The translations under genes were made by a program, and so were the position numbers. Below are positions 7,781 to 17,400 of a DNA stretch of 20,000 nt, one piece after another (positions within the stretch are counted from its first letter, which is position 1; each line of letters starts with the position of its first letter). This stretch comes from an uncultured virus (IMG/VR IMGVR_UViG_3300031851_003023) (taxonomy: Duplodnaviria; Heunggongvirae; Uroviricota; Caudoviricetes): IMG/VR virus record IMGVR_UViG_3300031851_003023; one strand, 5' to 3'. Below the pieces are notes generated by a model that saw only the letters and a program-made list of their open reading frames with translations, had not been told where the DNA came from and searched no databases.

Positions 7781-8478
7781 AATATATATTTGATGTAGAC
7801 GGAACACTAACTCCAAGTCGTAGTAAAATGGATTATGAGTTTAGAGCGTTCTTTAATACATTTTGTTTAGTAAACGATGTTTACCTTGTTACAGGTAGCG
7901 ACAAGCCTAAGACAGTAGAGCAAATTACTGAACCAACATACAACTTAGCAAAACGTGTGTACAACTGTTCAGGCTGTGATGTTTGGGAAGGCAAGACACA
8001 CATAAGAGCATCGCATTGGGTGCTTCCTGAAGATGCACACGAATGGTTAAGTATTAAACTTACAGAAAGTCCTTTTACAATACGTTCGGGTCTACACTTT
8101 GAACATCGTCCAGGTATGGTAAATTATAGTGTAGTAGGACGTAATGCTGATGTAGAACAACGTGCAAAGTATGTAGCATATGATACATTTGAAGACGAGC
8201 GAAACAAAATAGCAACATCTTTTAACAAACTATTTCCGGAACTAGAAGCACGTCCGGGCGGTGAAACAGGTATTGATATTGCTCCTAAAGGAAGTGACAA
8301 GAGTCAAATACTAGTTGACTTTGATCCAAACGATACAATACACTTCTTTGGCGATAGAATGGATCCTGCAGGTAACGACTATCCGTTGAAGAAACAAATC
8401 ATTGACAATGACTTAGGTATGTGCTATAATGTATACAATTACAAAGAAACTTGGAAACTACTCGATGAACAATCTTAA
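7771..8478 (+). CDS. HAD-superfamily IIB hydrolase, phosphomannomutase (PMM)-like
   Basis: FDVDGTLT (motif I), LVTGSD, EHRPGMVNYS, GGETGIDIAPKGSDKS, FFGDRMDPAGNDYP. TTG start at 7771 after GGTGGT; ATG at 7756 is the alternative. Confidence 0.85.
   Translation: MAIKYIFDVDGTLTPSRSKMDYEFRAFFNTFCLVNDVYLVTGSDKPKTVEQITEPTYNLAKRVYNCSGCDVWEGKTHIRASHWVLPEDAHEWLSIKLTESPFTIRSGLHFEHRPGMVNYSVVGRNADVEQRAKYVAYDTFEDERNKIATSFNKLFPELEARPGGETGIDIAPKGSDKSQILVDFDPNDTIHFFGDRMDPAGNDYPLKKQIIDNDLGMCYNVYNYKETWKLLDEQS
8402..8430 (+). promoter_or_regulatory. perfect sigma70 promoter for uvdE
   Basis: TTGACA (8402-8407), 17-nt spacer, TATAAT (8425-8430) with extended -10 TGn; lies inside the 3' end of the PMM gene. Confidence 0.85.
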
Positions 8479-9556
8479 ACGTATCGGCTTTGCATGTAAG
8501 TACATGGACCCCGATCAAACGCAGAAGAAGAAACTACTAGAAGAAATTCAACGACCGCTAAATACTCGTAGCACAACAGTACAGTGGCTCAACAGGCAGA
8601 CACGTGATGTTGCTGAAGAACGCTTGTGGGACATCATGGTCCACAACATTGCGTCATACAAAAGGTTGATTGAATATGTTGGATCTCTTCCTCCGCAGCT
8701 TAGAATGGTCAGACTCGGTAGTGATGTACTTCCTGTTTATACCCAGCATGAGTGGTCTTATTATTGGCGTAAGCCTGATGTGGTGGCGTATGCGGAGAGA
8801 GAATTTGCAAAAGTCGGCGCAACGGCAAGAGCCCTCGATGTTAGACTCTCGATGCACCCGGGCCAATTTACAGTCCTTGCTTCAGATAATCCAGAAATAG
8901 TAGATAGGAGCGTAGAAGAATTTGAATATCACACCGATGTCATACGCTGGATGGGATATGGCAAACAATTCCAAGATTTTAAGTGCAATGTACACATCAG
9001 CGGCCGCCAAGGTCCAGCCGGTATCAAACATGCCGTCAACAACAGACTTTCTCCAGAAGCGAGAAACACGATCACGATCGAGAACGACGAAAACAAATGG
9101 GGCATTGACGCAAGCCTCGAGCTTGTCGACACATGCGCACTCGTACTTGACATACACCATCACTGGTGCCGTGAAGGTGAATATATTAGACCAACCGACG
9201 CTAGATTTGCTCGCGTAATAGATAGCTGGCGTGGTGTGCGTCCTGTGATACATTATTCATACAGTCGTAACGAACACTTGCCCGAAGACTTCGATCATGT
9301 GTTGAAACCCGAGATGGCACAACTACTAGCAAACGGTTACAAGAAAGCAAAACTACGAGCTCACAGTGATTACTATCCTAACCAGAGTTGCAATGATTGG
9401 GCATTGAGCTTCTTGCCTTACGCAGATATTATGTGCGAATCCAAGATGAAGAATCTTGCTAGTATTGACTTATATAAATACAAAGAGGAACTAGAACACT
9501 ATGAGCTATTTAAACACAATGTACAGCAACAAGAGCCAGAGCTCGAAAACGCCTGA
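8465..9556 (+). CDS. uvdE: UV damage endonuclease UvdE/UvsE
   Basis: RIGFACK, RLGSD, RLSMHPGQFTVLAS, NVHISG, TIENDE, LVLDIHHH, HYS, RAHSDY, DIMCESKMKN are UVDE TIM-barrel motifs. The ATG at 8429 overlaps the -10 box, so 8465 is preferred. Confidence 0.93.
   Translation: MNNLKRIGFACKYMDPDQTQKKKLLEEIQRPLNTRSTTVQWLNRQTRDVAEERLWDIMVHNIASYKRLIEYVGSLPPQLRMVRLGSDVLPVYTQHEWSYYWRKPDVVAYAEREFAKVGATARALDVRLSMHPGQFTVLASDNPEIVDRSVEEFEYHTDVIRWMGYGKQFQDFKCNVHISGRQGPAGIKHAVNNRLSPEARNTITIENDENKWGIDASLELVDTCALVLDIHHHWCREGEYIRPTDARFARVIDSWRGVRPVIHYSYSRNEHLPEDFDHVLKPEMAQLLANGYKKAKLRAHSDYYPNQSCNDWALSFLPYADIMCESKMKNLASIDLYKYKEELEHYELFKHNVQQQEPELENA
9473..9480 (+). promoter_or_regulatory. T4-late consensus TATAAATA
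   Basis: Exact TATAAATA, then SD GAGG and the ATG at 9501. Confidence 0.6.
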
Positions 9557-9794
9557 AAAAGAATCAACAAAAAATCCTAACCGCGTAGCGGGTGGACTTA
9601 AAGGTCAAGGTGTTGATCATTTCGTAATGGTATCAGAAGATGGCTCAGAACAACAAGTACCTAGCCAACGCTACGTACAAAGCCTTGAAGAACAGATAAG
9701 AAAACAGCGAGGCGCAATAAACGTTTTAGAACGTAAACTGGCTCGCTGTGAATCTTCTATCGATAGATTAAATTCTTTAAACTCTACTTCTTAG
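9501..9794 (+). CDS. hypothetical protein with C-terminal coiled coil
   Basis: 97 aa; SD GAGGA; heptad pattern YVQSLEEQIRKQRGAINVLERKLARCESSIDRL. Confidence 0.7.
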   Translation: MSYLNTMYSNKSQSSKTPEKESTKNPNRVAGGLKGQGVDHFVMVSEDGSEQQVPSQRYVQSLEEQIRKQRGAINVLERKLARCESSIDRLNSLNSTS

Positions 9795-10050
9795 AAAGTT
9801 TAAAAACTTCGTCTACTAAATCAGCTTTTTTCTTTCTTTTATCAATATCAACCTTGAAATTCTCTTTAGCAAATGCTTCGAGTTTATCTTTGGTTAATTT
9901 TGATAAGTCTGCTTTCTTAACAGTCGCTTTCTTAGCCGCAGGTTTCGCCGCTGGCTTTTTGGCTTGTGTCTTAGCAGGTGCAGGCTTTGCAATAGGTGTT
10001 TCTACCACTGGCTCTGCAGATGAAAAAAGATTTCGTAACCAACTAAACAT
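9784..10050 (-). CDS. small basic Lys/Ala/Pro-rich protein with Rho_N/HeH-like C-terminal domain
   Basis: 88 aa; SD GGAGA; AKKPAAKPAAKKA linker; DLSKLTKDKLEAFAKE...IDKRKKKADLVDEV fits the helix-extension-helix pattern. Confidence 0.7.
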   Translation of the reverse strand: MFSWLRNLFSSAEPVVETPIAKPAPAKTQAKKPAAKPAAKKATVKKADLSKLTKDKLEAFAKENFKVDIDKRKKKADLVDEVFKLSKK

Positions 10051-10083
10051 AGTTTATTCTCCATATTAATAAATTAACTCTAT

Positions 10084-10097
10084 TATTTACATAAATA
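10084..10097. promoter_or_regulatory. back-to-back divergent late-like boxes
   Basis: TATTTACATAAATA: TAAATA on the minus strand (10084-10089) and ATAAATA on the plus strand (10091-10097), between divergent genes that each have an SD. Confidence 0.55.
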
Positions 10098-10117
10098 TGT
10101 TAACAAGGAGACTAATT

Positions 10118-10273
10118 ATGGTAGAAAAACTAGAATTAAAAAAGATTGATGGGCTTAGAATTGACAAGAAACCTTTCCAACCTATTAACCTTAAAAAGGA
10201 CGACAAATTACCGGAAAGTAAGAAGTCTATGAAAACAACAGAAAATACTAGAGCTGGAGGATACAAATACTAA
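10118..10273 (+). CDS. small basic hypothetical protein (51 aa)
   Basis: Not in ORF track. MVEKLELKKIDGLRIDKKPFQPINLKKDDKLPESKKSMKTTENTRAGGYKY; strong SD AAGGAG. Confidence 0.65.
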   Translation: MVEKLELKKIDGLRIDKKPFQPINLKKDDKLPESKKSMKTTENTRAGGYKY

Positions 10274-10437
10274 TGAAAAACTGGATTATAAAAAGACTAG
10301 GTGAAAGAACAACACTTGACGGTGCTGTACTTGTTGCCGCAGGCATAGCATTTCTAATTTTTAAACCAATTGCAAGTTTAGTAGCATACGGTGCAATAGC
10401 ATACGGTGCATGGACTATTTGGAAAAAAGAAGACTAA
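10273..10437 (+). CDS. small two-TM membrane protein (54 aa)
   Basis: Not in ORF track. MKNWIIKRLGERTTLDGAVLVAAGIAFLIFKPIASLVAYGAIAYGAWTIWKKED; TAATG coupling; GGAGG upstream. Confidence 0.7.
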   Translation: MKNWIIKRLGERTTLDGAVLVAAGIAFLIFKPIASLVAYGAIAYGAWTIWKKED

Positions 10438-10443
10438 TACGAT

Positions 10444-10695
10444 ATGGCTAGAGAATATACACTAACTGTAGAAACATCTGAAAACACTAGGGAAGTATCT
10501 GAAGGTGTTACTAAAGAGCTACACAACGCTACTATTACTAAAGTTGAAACAGGCCAGACTATATCAATTGTTGATGTTGTAAGCACATACGATAGGGATG
10601 ATTGGTGTAAAACTGTATTTGAACATGCAAAAGAAGGATTAGATCATGAAGACGGTCCTAGCTGTTGCTATGTCAATGCAAGTTACGTAGATTAA
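10444..10695 (+). CDS. hypothetical acidic protein
   Basis: 83 aa ORF that fills the gap; no strong SD, no recognised motif. Confidence 0.6.
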   Translation: MAREYTLTVETSENTREVSEGVTKELHNATITKVETGQTISIVDVVSTYDRDDWCKTVFEHAKEGLDHEDGPSCCYVNASYVD

Positions 10696-10979
10696 AGTTT
10701 ATTAATAGGGAGATCCGAACTAGCACTCATGTTCCAAACTTGTTTGCGTTCGACTCCCTTTTTTTGTGCAAATTTCTTTGCATCACAATTTTCACATACA
10801 TGAAAATAATTATTGTTTAACCGTTTAGGATCCATCTTACCTCTTGGACGATTAAACTCAACATCGCAACTATCACAACGAAGCAATACATATGTTTTAT
10901 TACGTGTGTAAGTATGAGCTGAACCTAGCTTTGATGGCCTCGTATGCCTGGTTTGGACTACAAATTCCTTTATGAACAT
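10692..10979 (-). CDS. hypothetical zinc-ribbon protein
   Basis: 95 aa; CDSC...CENC Cys pairs; ATAAATA 5 nt upstream on the minus strand. Confidence 0.7.
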   Translation of the reverse strand: MFIKEFVVQTRHTRPSKLGSAHTYTRNKTYVLLRCDSCDVEFNRPRGKMDPKRLNNNYFHVCENCDAKKFAQKKGVERKQVWNMSASSDLPINKL

Positions 10980-10984
10980 AATTA

Positions 10985-11023
10985 TATTTATTACATTAGG
11001 ATTATAAAACTATTCGATAAATA
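10985..11023. promoter_or_regulatory. divergent pair of late-like ATAAATA boxes
   Basis: Minus-strand ATAAATA at 10985-10991 and plus-strand ATAAATA at 11017-11023 in one 62-nt intergenic region. Confidence 0.55.
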
Positions 11024-11041
11024 TATTAAACAGGAGTATGG

Positions 11042-11416
11042 ATGTTCGTATTAAGCCTCACAGAAAGTGCTAAAAGCAAAGTAAATGAATTATGTAATGT
11101 AGAGCCAAAGAAGTTTGCTGTACATTTAGGGCTTAAAGGCGGCGGATGTGCTGGTTTTGAATACGAATGGGATATGATTAACAAAGAAGGAGTTGAGGAT
11201 CACGACGAAATAATAGATACAGGCGATGGCAACTTAGTAGTAAGCGCACATAGTTTAATGTATTTGTTTGGTAGTGAAATTGACTATTCAAGGGACGTAT
11301 TCCAAACTCAATTTGTTATTAACAATCCTAATGCACAATCAGCGTGTGGTTGCGGTGTAAGTGTAAACTTTAATGATAACATAGAAGACAATATACAAAT
11401 TTTGGAGCTAAAATAA
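11042..11416 (+). CDS. iscA: A-type Fe-S carrier protein (IscA/SufA/HesB family)
   Basis: 124 aa; LTESA, GGGCAGFEY, GSEIDY, FVINNPNAQSACGCGVS with all three conserved Cys; SD AGGAG. Confidence 0.92.
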   Translation: MFVLSLTESAKSKVNELCNVEPKKFAVHLGLKGGGCAGFEYEWDMINKEGVEDHDEIIDTGDGNLVVSAHSLMYLFGSEIDYSRDVFQTQFVINNPNAQSACGCGVSVNFNDNIEDNIQILELK

Positions 11417-11417
11417 G

Positions 11418-14400
11418 ATGGCAAGACAACAAGTCGATATCGGTATTGAAGGAAATGACGGAACCGGTGATAGTATTAGAGAGTCGTTTCGTAAGGTAAA
11501 CGAAAACTTTCAGGAAATATATGCGGTAGTAGGTAAAGGTGGCCAGATTACATTTACACTACTTGCTGATACACCTGATAGCTTAACACCGTTTAAAGGC
11601 GATGGCGTAGATGCGTACTTGCCAATAGTAAAACAAGACGGTACTGGTATTGAAATTAGAAAACTAGGATCAGACAGTGATGAGAATCCTGCAAATATTG
11701 ATACAGTTAGTATAAGCGTTTCAGAAACTGGTAAAATAATATTAAAACTAAATGCTATTTCGGTACAATCAGACCCTGCTCCGGTACTTGGTGGTCCATT
11801 AAACGCAGCTGGTATTGGTATTGCTAATGTTGGTACTACTAATACTGATATTACAAACTTTAATAATGTACACGGAACATCATTAACCACTGATGATCTT
11901 GTAATTGATAAAAAGTTTGCTGATAGAAATTATATACTTAGACAGGATCCAGGTGAAACAATTAACGTTCCGTCTGAGCCAGTTGATGCTATTTCTTACA
12001 CAAAAATTATTGACGCTGTACAAGACATTGTTGGCGCACAGGGTGTTATACTTGTACCAGCACACGGACTAACACGTGGTTCAGATGGCGCAGGATTTAT
12101 TTTTAACACTTCAGGCACAGGATTAAATTGGTCTAAGAAAGATCCTGCAACAGGTAATACTATTTCAAGTGTAGATGTAGACGACAACAACCTACCTATC
12201 TACTCACCAATAGAAAACGGAGACACTGTTTACATTGGCGTACTAGATTCTAATAACTTAGGGTTATTTGCATCAAAAGAAGACGCACAACTAGAAGACA
12301 CAACAGCTAGAAACGATGTACGTTATAATTTAACAACAACAGATTCGGCTGCACTATCTCTTACTGATGCAGGTTATGATATAGATTTAGAAGGCTTTTT
12401 CCTAAGTCATCAAGTAGTACCACGTGATGCTGTTACTCGCAGACAAGGTGACACAATGGAAGGCCCACTTACATTACACGATCACCCAGGTGACCTTGCA
12501 GGCGCAGGTACTCCACAAGGTTTAACAGACTTACAAGCGGTAACAAAACTATATGTTGACAGTCAGTCAACAGAATCAAGTGCCAACATATTTGTTAGTG
12601 TTGTCGGTAATGACGATCAAAGTGTTGCACCTCCAGGAAAAGAAGGTAGCTCATTAGCATATTCATATAGAACAATTGGTGCAGCGGCTCGTAAAGCAGA
12701 ACAAATACAAGTTGCATCACCATTTGAGCCTGGTCCATATATGCAGGACATATTTACTTCAAGACAAGTTACAGAAGGTGATCCAGCTGTAGTTGAATTA
12801 TCACAAGTTACACAAACAGGATTTGCTACAGGTTCAGGACTTGACAGTAGAGGCAATTCTAAATCAACAGTAGAAGCAAACATAAATTATATCGTTGCTG
12901 AAGTACAAGCATGGAAAGATGCGCAGATTACAGCTAAGGCAACTACAACCGTAGGCACAACTAATGTAAATTGGACCAACAGAGTTATCAATGACAGAGC
13001 TTTAGAGTTAGATTTACGTAAAGGTATTACAGCAGCATTATTAGATCATGTTGCAGGTACACAAGCTCAAAACTTATCAGTTAGAACTGGTGTTGAATTT
13101 TATAATGATGAATATGGTAGATCTCAAAACGGATTGTTAAAGGATGTATATGCACACCTTTTAGAAAGAGCAAGAACTGTAACAGCAAGTGTTGTTATTA
13201 ACGCACCATTTAGTTCACTACAAACAATTTATACACAAGAAATAATTACATACGGTAGCAATCAGCCTGATAGTGATGATGCAGGTAGTATTACAAGCAA
13301 CATGGCTGTACAAAGAGACATTGTTACTAATGGCGTATTTACAGCACCTACAGAGCAAACTGGTAACAGATACGAATTGTTCTTTAGTAACTCAGTAAAT
13401 GGACAAACACAAGGTAAAGTAGATCAAGGTGATCCGGCTAATAGAGACCTTAGAGTTGGTAAAGTTATCCAAGGTAAAACAAGTGGCGCAATAGGTAAAA
13501 TTATTAGATACTTCCCAGGAGATGATAATGTTAACAATCCAGGCTCAACTGATGACTTAGCAGAATTACAACTTCTTTCACCACAAGAGTTTACAGTGGG
13601 TGAGCAACTTGAGATGGGCAACATTGTTAACAATAGACAAATTACCATTAAAATTGAAACTGGTCAATATTTTGAAGATTATCCAATCAAAGTTCCTGCT
13701 AACGTATCACTAGTTGGTGACGAATTTAGACGAGTAATTATTAGACCAAAGGCAGAAGTATCTCAGTCACCGTGGGCTACAACATATTTTTATAGAGACA
13801 AACAGTTTGACGGACTAACAGGCGGCAATGATAGTATCACCGGTATAGGTGATCCTAACTTACCAACAGCAGGTGAAGCATACGTTAATCCGTTATCAGG
13901 TGAAACAGATGGTTACTTTGGTAGACACTATCTTTACAATCCTGCGTTACCTAAAAACGTTGACGATGGCAGTAACTTAGCAATTACAAATCCAGGACAA
14001 TATCTTGATGCTGCTGTATTGGTTGAAAAGAACAAACGTTTTATTGTTGAAGAAGTTATAGCATACCTAACTTTTGCTGAAGATGCAAATGCCACTGGCG
14101 TAGCAGGGTACGATGGTTATGCTGCTTTAACTTGGGACAATTCTGCTAAAGACAGATATAGAAGAACTATTGGTAGTTTAGTTGATGCACTAGCAAATGA
14201 TTTGCGTGATGGTAAAGCTATTAATACTTTACATACACAGGGCTCAATATTCTTTGATGGATTAAACTTTCCAACAGAAGACACACCGAGATACCAGAGT
14301 ATTGTTGTAGCAGGCGATGTAATACAGAACGTAATTATTAACAATGTATACAATAACTCATTATATGCTGCGTTTAAAGGTGCTGATCATCCTGATCAAT

Positions 14401-17400
14401 ATATAAATGCTAACTTGACAGGCGGCACAGATGTTGCTGGCAATGGTAACTTAGTTTATGATATATTTGAATTATTAAAATGGGGTAACGATATTATCCC
14501 GAACGCTGGTTGGAACCCTGCAAAACGTTCAAATCAATTAGATGCGTTCTTAATGAACGATGCTACAATTTTACGTAACATGACTGTACAAGGACATGGC
14601 GGATTTATGTGTGTGCTTGATCCAGAAGGACAAATTCTAACTAAATCACCATACATACAAACAGGTTCAAGTTTCTCACAGTCACTAAACAGACAAGCGT
14701 TTAGAGGTGGTATGTTAGTTGATGCGTTTACCGCAAACACACCAGTAAAAGTAACTTCTGTAGAAGGCAACGGTTATGAACTGTTAATTACAGCAGACGC
14801 TGGTAGCGGGCTATCAATTAGAAAACCACAAACACCATGTCCGTTTTATATTAACGGTATTAGATATCAAGTAAACGATGTTACAGATTACAATGATGGT
14901 GGTGCCTTACTTGACCCAACAGCAAGATTAATTCTAGACTCAACATCAGGACCAGTAAGCGATGTTGATCCTTCAGTAAACATTGGTTGGGATACTGTTG
15001 AATTACCAATACCAGCAGGCGGCTTTGCAATTACATTACAAACAGCTGGTAATAGATCACAGTTAGGTAATGACTTTACACAAGTTAATGACTTAGGTTA
15101 CGGACTTGTTACTATCAACGGTGGCTTATCAGAAATGGTTAGTATGTTTACATACTATTGCCACACAGCATACTATGCTGGTAATGGTGGACAAATTAGA
15201 TCATTAAACGGCTCAAACGCAAACGGTGTTTATGGTCTTGTTGCCGAAGGTAGTGATCCTAATGAAGTACCAGATGATGTTGTACTAAAAGACGACATGA
15301 CGCAAAGTGCTAAAACATTCTCAGCAGTAACAGTATTAGATGTAGATCAAAATGTAACACTAGCAGCAGGCGATACTATTGCTAATTCAACCGGTGGTTC
15401 GGGCGATTCAGTATTTGCGTCAATTGGTAAGAAAATTTATCTCGAAGGAACTTCAGGTAGTTTTACTAACGGAGCATTTACTATAAATGGCGGAGCGCAA
15501 TCAGCAGTAATTACTAATGTTGACACAACTGGATATACAAACTTAATTGAACAACTAAGTCTCCATGTTTATGATTTAGAACACATTCCAAGTAACAAAG
15601 GTGAACTTGATTATTATCATGATGATGGTAGTACTCCGAGCAATAGAATTGCACGTTACGAATTAGCAAACATTCAAAAAATGGATGGTATTGTAGTTGA
15701 CGGTTATACTATTGACAACACAGAATTTACATTTACGCCTGTTACAAGACTCACAGACGTAGACAGCATTATTGGTAACGATGAATCAGAACCAGTAAGT
15801 GAAACAACTGAAGCAAAACTTGTTGTTTCAAAAGCAAATAAAGATGGCGGAATATACGAAGTTGATATATTTAAAACTGACAGAGGTGACCATTATAAAA
15901 TAGGTGATACATTTAGTATTTCTGGTACACAATTAGGTGGTGCTAGTCCGGCTAATGACGCAACTGTAACAGTTACAGAAATTAACAGAAGTACATTAAA
16001 TGTAGACTTAGGAATACAAACTGGTAGTATTAGAAGAATGTCTATTACTGGTAGTATCAATAGTATTGCAGGATTTACTCCACAGAGAGACGGACAAGTT
16101 TATAAAATAAACTTTAGTACATCTAGTGACTCGTTTGATAACGATGGTCTACTAGCACCAATACCAATTAATAAGCCAGTTGATATTAGAAACAACGCAA
16201 CACACTTGTTTAGAGACATTGAAAGTGTTGGTAGTTTAACTATACGTCCAAGTACGGCTGTAAACTTTGATGACGATCCGTTAGATACATACAGATCAAT
16301 AAGTTTTGGTGTCAATGACAGTGCCGGCGATCTACTACTAGACGACGAATCACTAACAGGGTTTGATTCAGGATATGATTTTGTTGGCTTACTAGTAGAA
16401 GATGCGTATGTAAGTACTGCAGGTTCAACTCTAAGTGTTGCATCTACTTCAACCACACTAGGTAACACACAAGGCGATACTACTATTGCAATTAACTTGC
16501 TAACTGAAATAAAAGATATCTTTAAGATAAACAATAACTTTGATACAGATGCACAGTATCAAACTATTCCAGCAGATGATACTGGCAGAGATTATACAAT
16601 TACATATGAACTTCCTAAAGTAATATCATGGAGAGGCAAGAAACACATTATCTATAACTATAGAGAAGTTAAAGTTGAAAGTGGTGTACACAATGTACAA
16701 TCAGTATTCTCCGATAGTCACACTTATGCCGTAGTTGACATTAAAGAAGTTAGTGAAGTAGGTCTTACGCTAAACGAAAAAGGAAGTTGGTTAAGACAAA
16801 ACTTCTTTAACTTGGCAGAACGTCAAGTTGTTGTTAGACAGATTGGTAATACAACAGCAAACGGTTTTGTAAAAGTAGCACAAATTAATGAACAAATACT
16901 AGACTTATATGATTGGTCAGGTGTAGCATTTAACACAACAGGTGCTTTAGAAATTAGTATTGACGGTGGCAATTCATATACTCCTATGACGGATCTTGCT
17001 ACAGGACTTGTTGCACTAGTACCAACAGAAGTTAAAGTTAAAGAAACTAACACAACAGCGGTTGCTACAGGTTTATCACAACCAGTAACACAAGGGTTTG
17101 GCGCAGGTATTATACTACGTGCTGGCCTACAAGATGGTGCTCCTGCTAAAATTACTATACAAATTAGTACATGTAGAGCAACAGGACATGACTTCTTAGA
17201 TATTGGTACAGGGTCATTTAACCAAACAAACTATCCAAATGTTATCTTAGGCTTCCCAGCTAGAGAAGCAAGTCAAACAGACGAAGTAAATGAGCGTAAT
17301 AAAGGTAGAGTATTTTGGGTATCAACTGACCAAGACGGTTTCTTCCGTGTAGGTAAGTTCTTTACAGTTGACCAAGGTACAGGTACAGTTACATTTGCGG

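Noticed and set aside
8429..8464. Longer uvdE start given by the ORF track
   Set aside because: That ATG overlaps the -10 box of the gene's own promoter; the UVDE motif begins just after Met at 8465.
8654..9253. Several alternative-frame and antisense ORFs inside uvdE
   Set aside because: Expected from the locally higher GC (fewer stop codons); no motifs recognised.
9854..10069. Plus-strand 71-aa hydrophobic ORF
   Set aside because: Antisense mirror of the Lys/Ala-rich minus-strand gene, which has the SD and the late-like box.
10161..10190. TTGACA hexamer in the 51-aa ORF
   Set aside because: No good -10 box at 17-nt spacing.
10382..10410. Direct repeat TAGCATACGGTGCA x2 with 15-nt period
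   Set aside because: Only two copies, in frame within a CDS (AYGA-I-AYGA); not a CRISPR array or att site.
10435..10446. TAATACGA resembling the start of a T7 promoter
   Set aside because: Only 8 nt match, the CTCACTATAG part is missing, and the genome context is T4-like.
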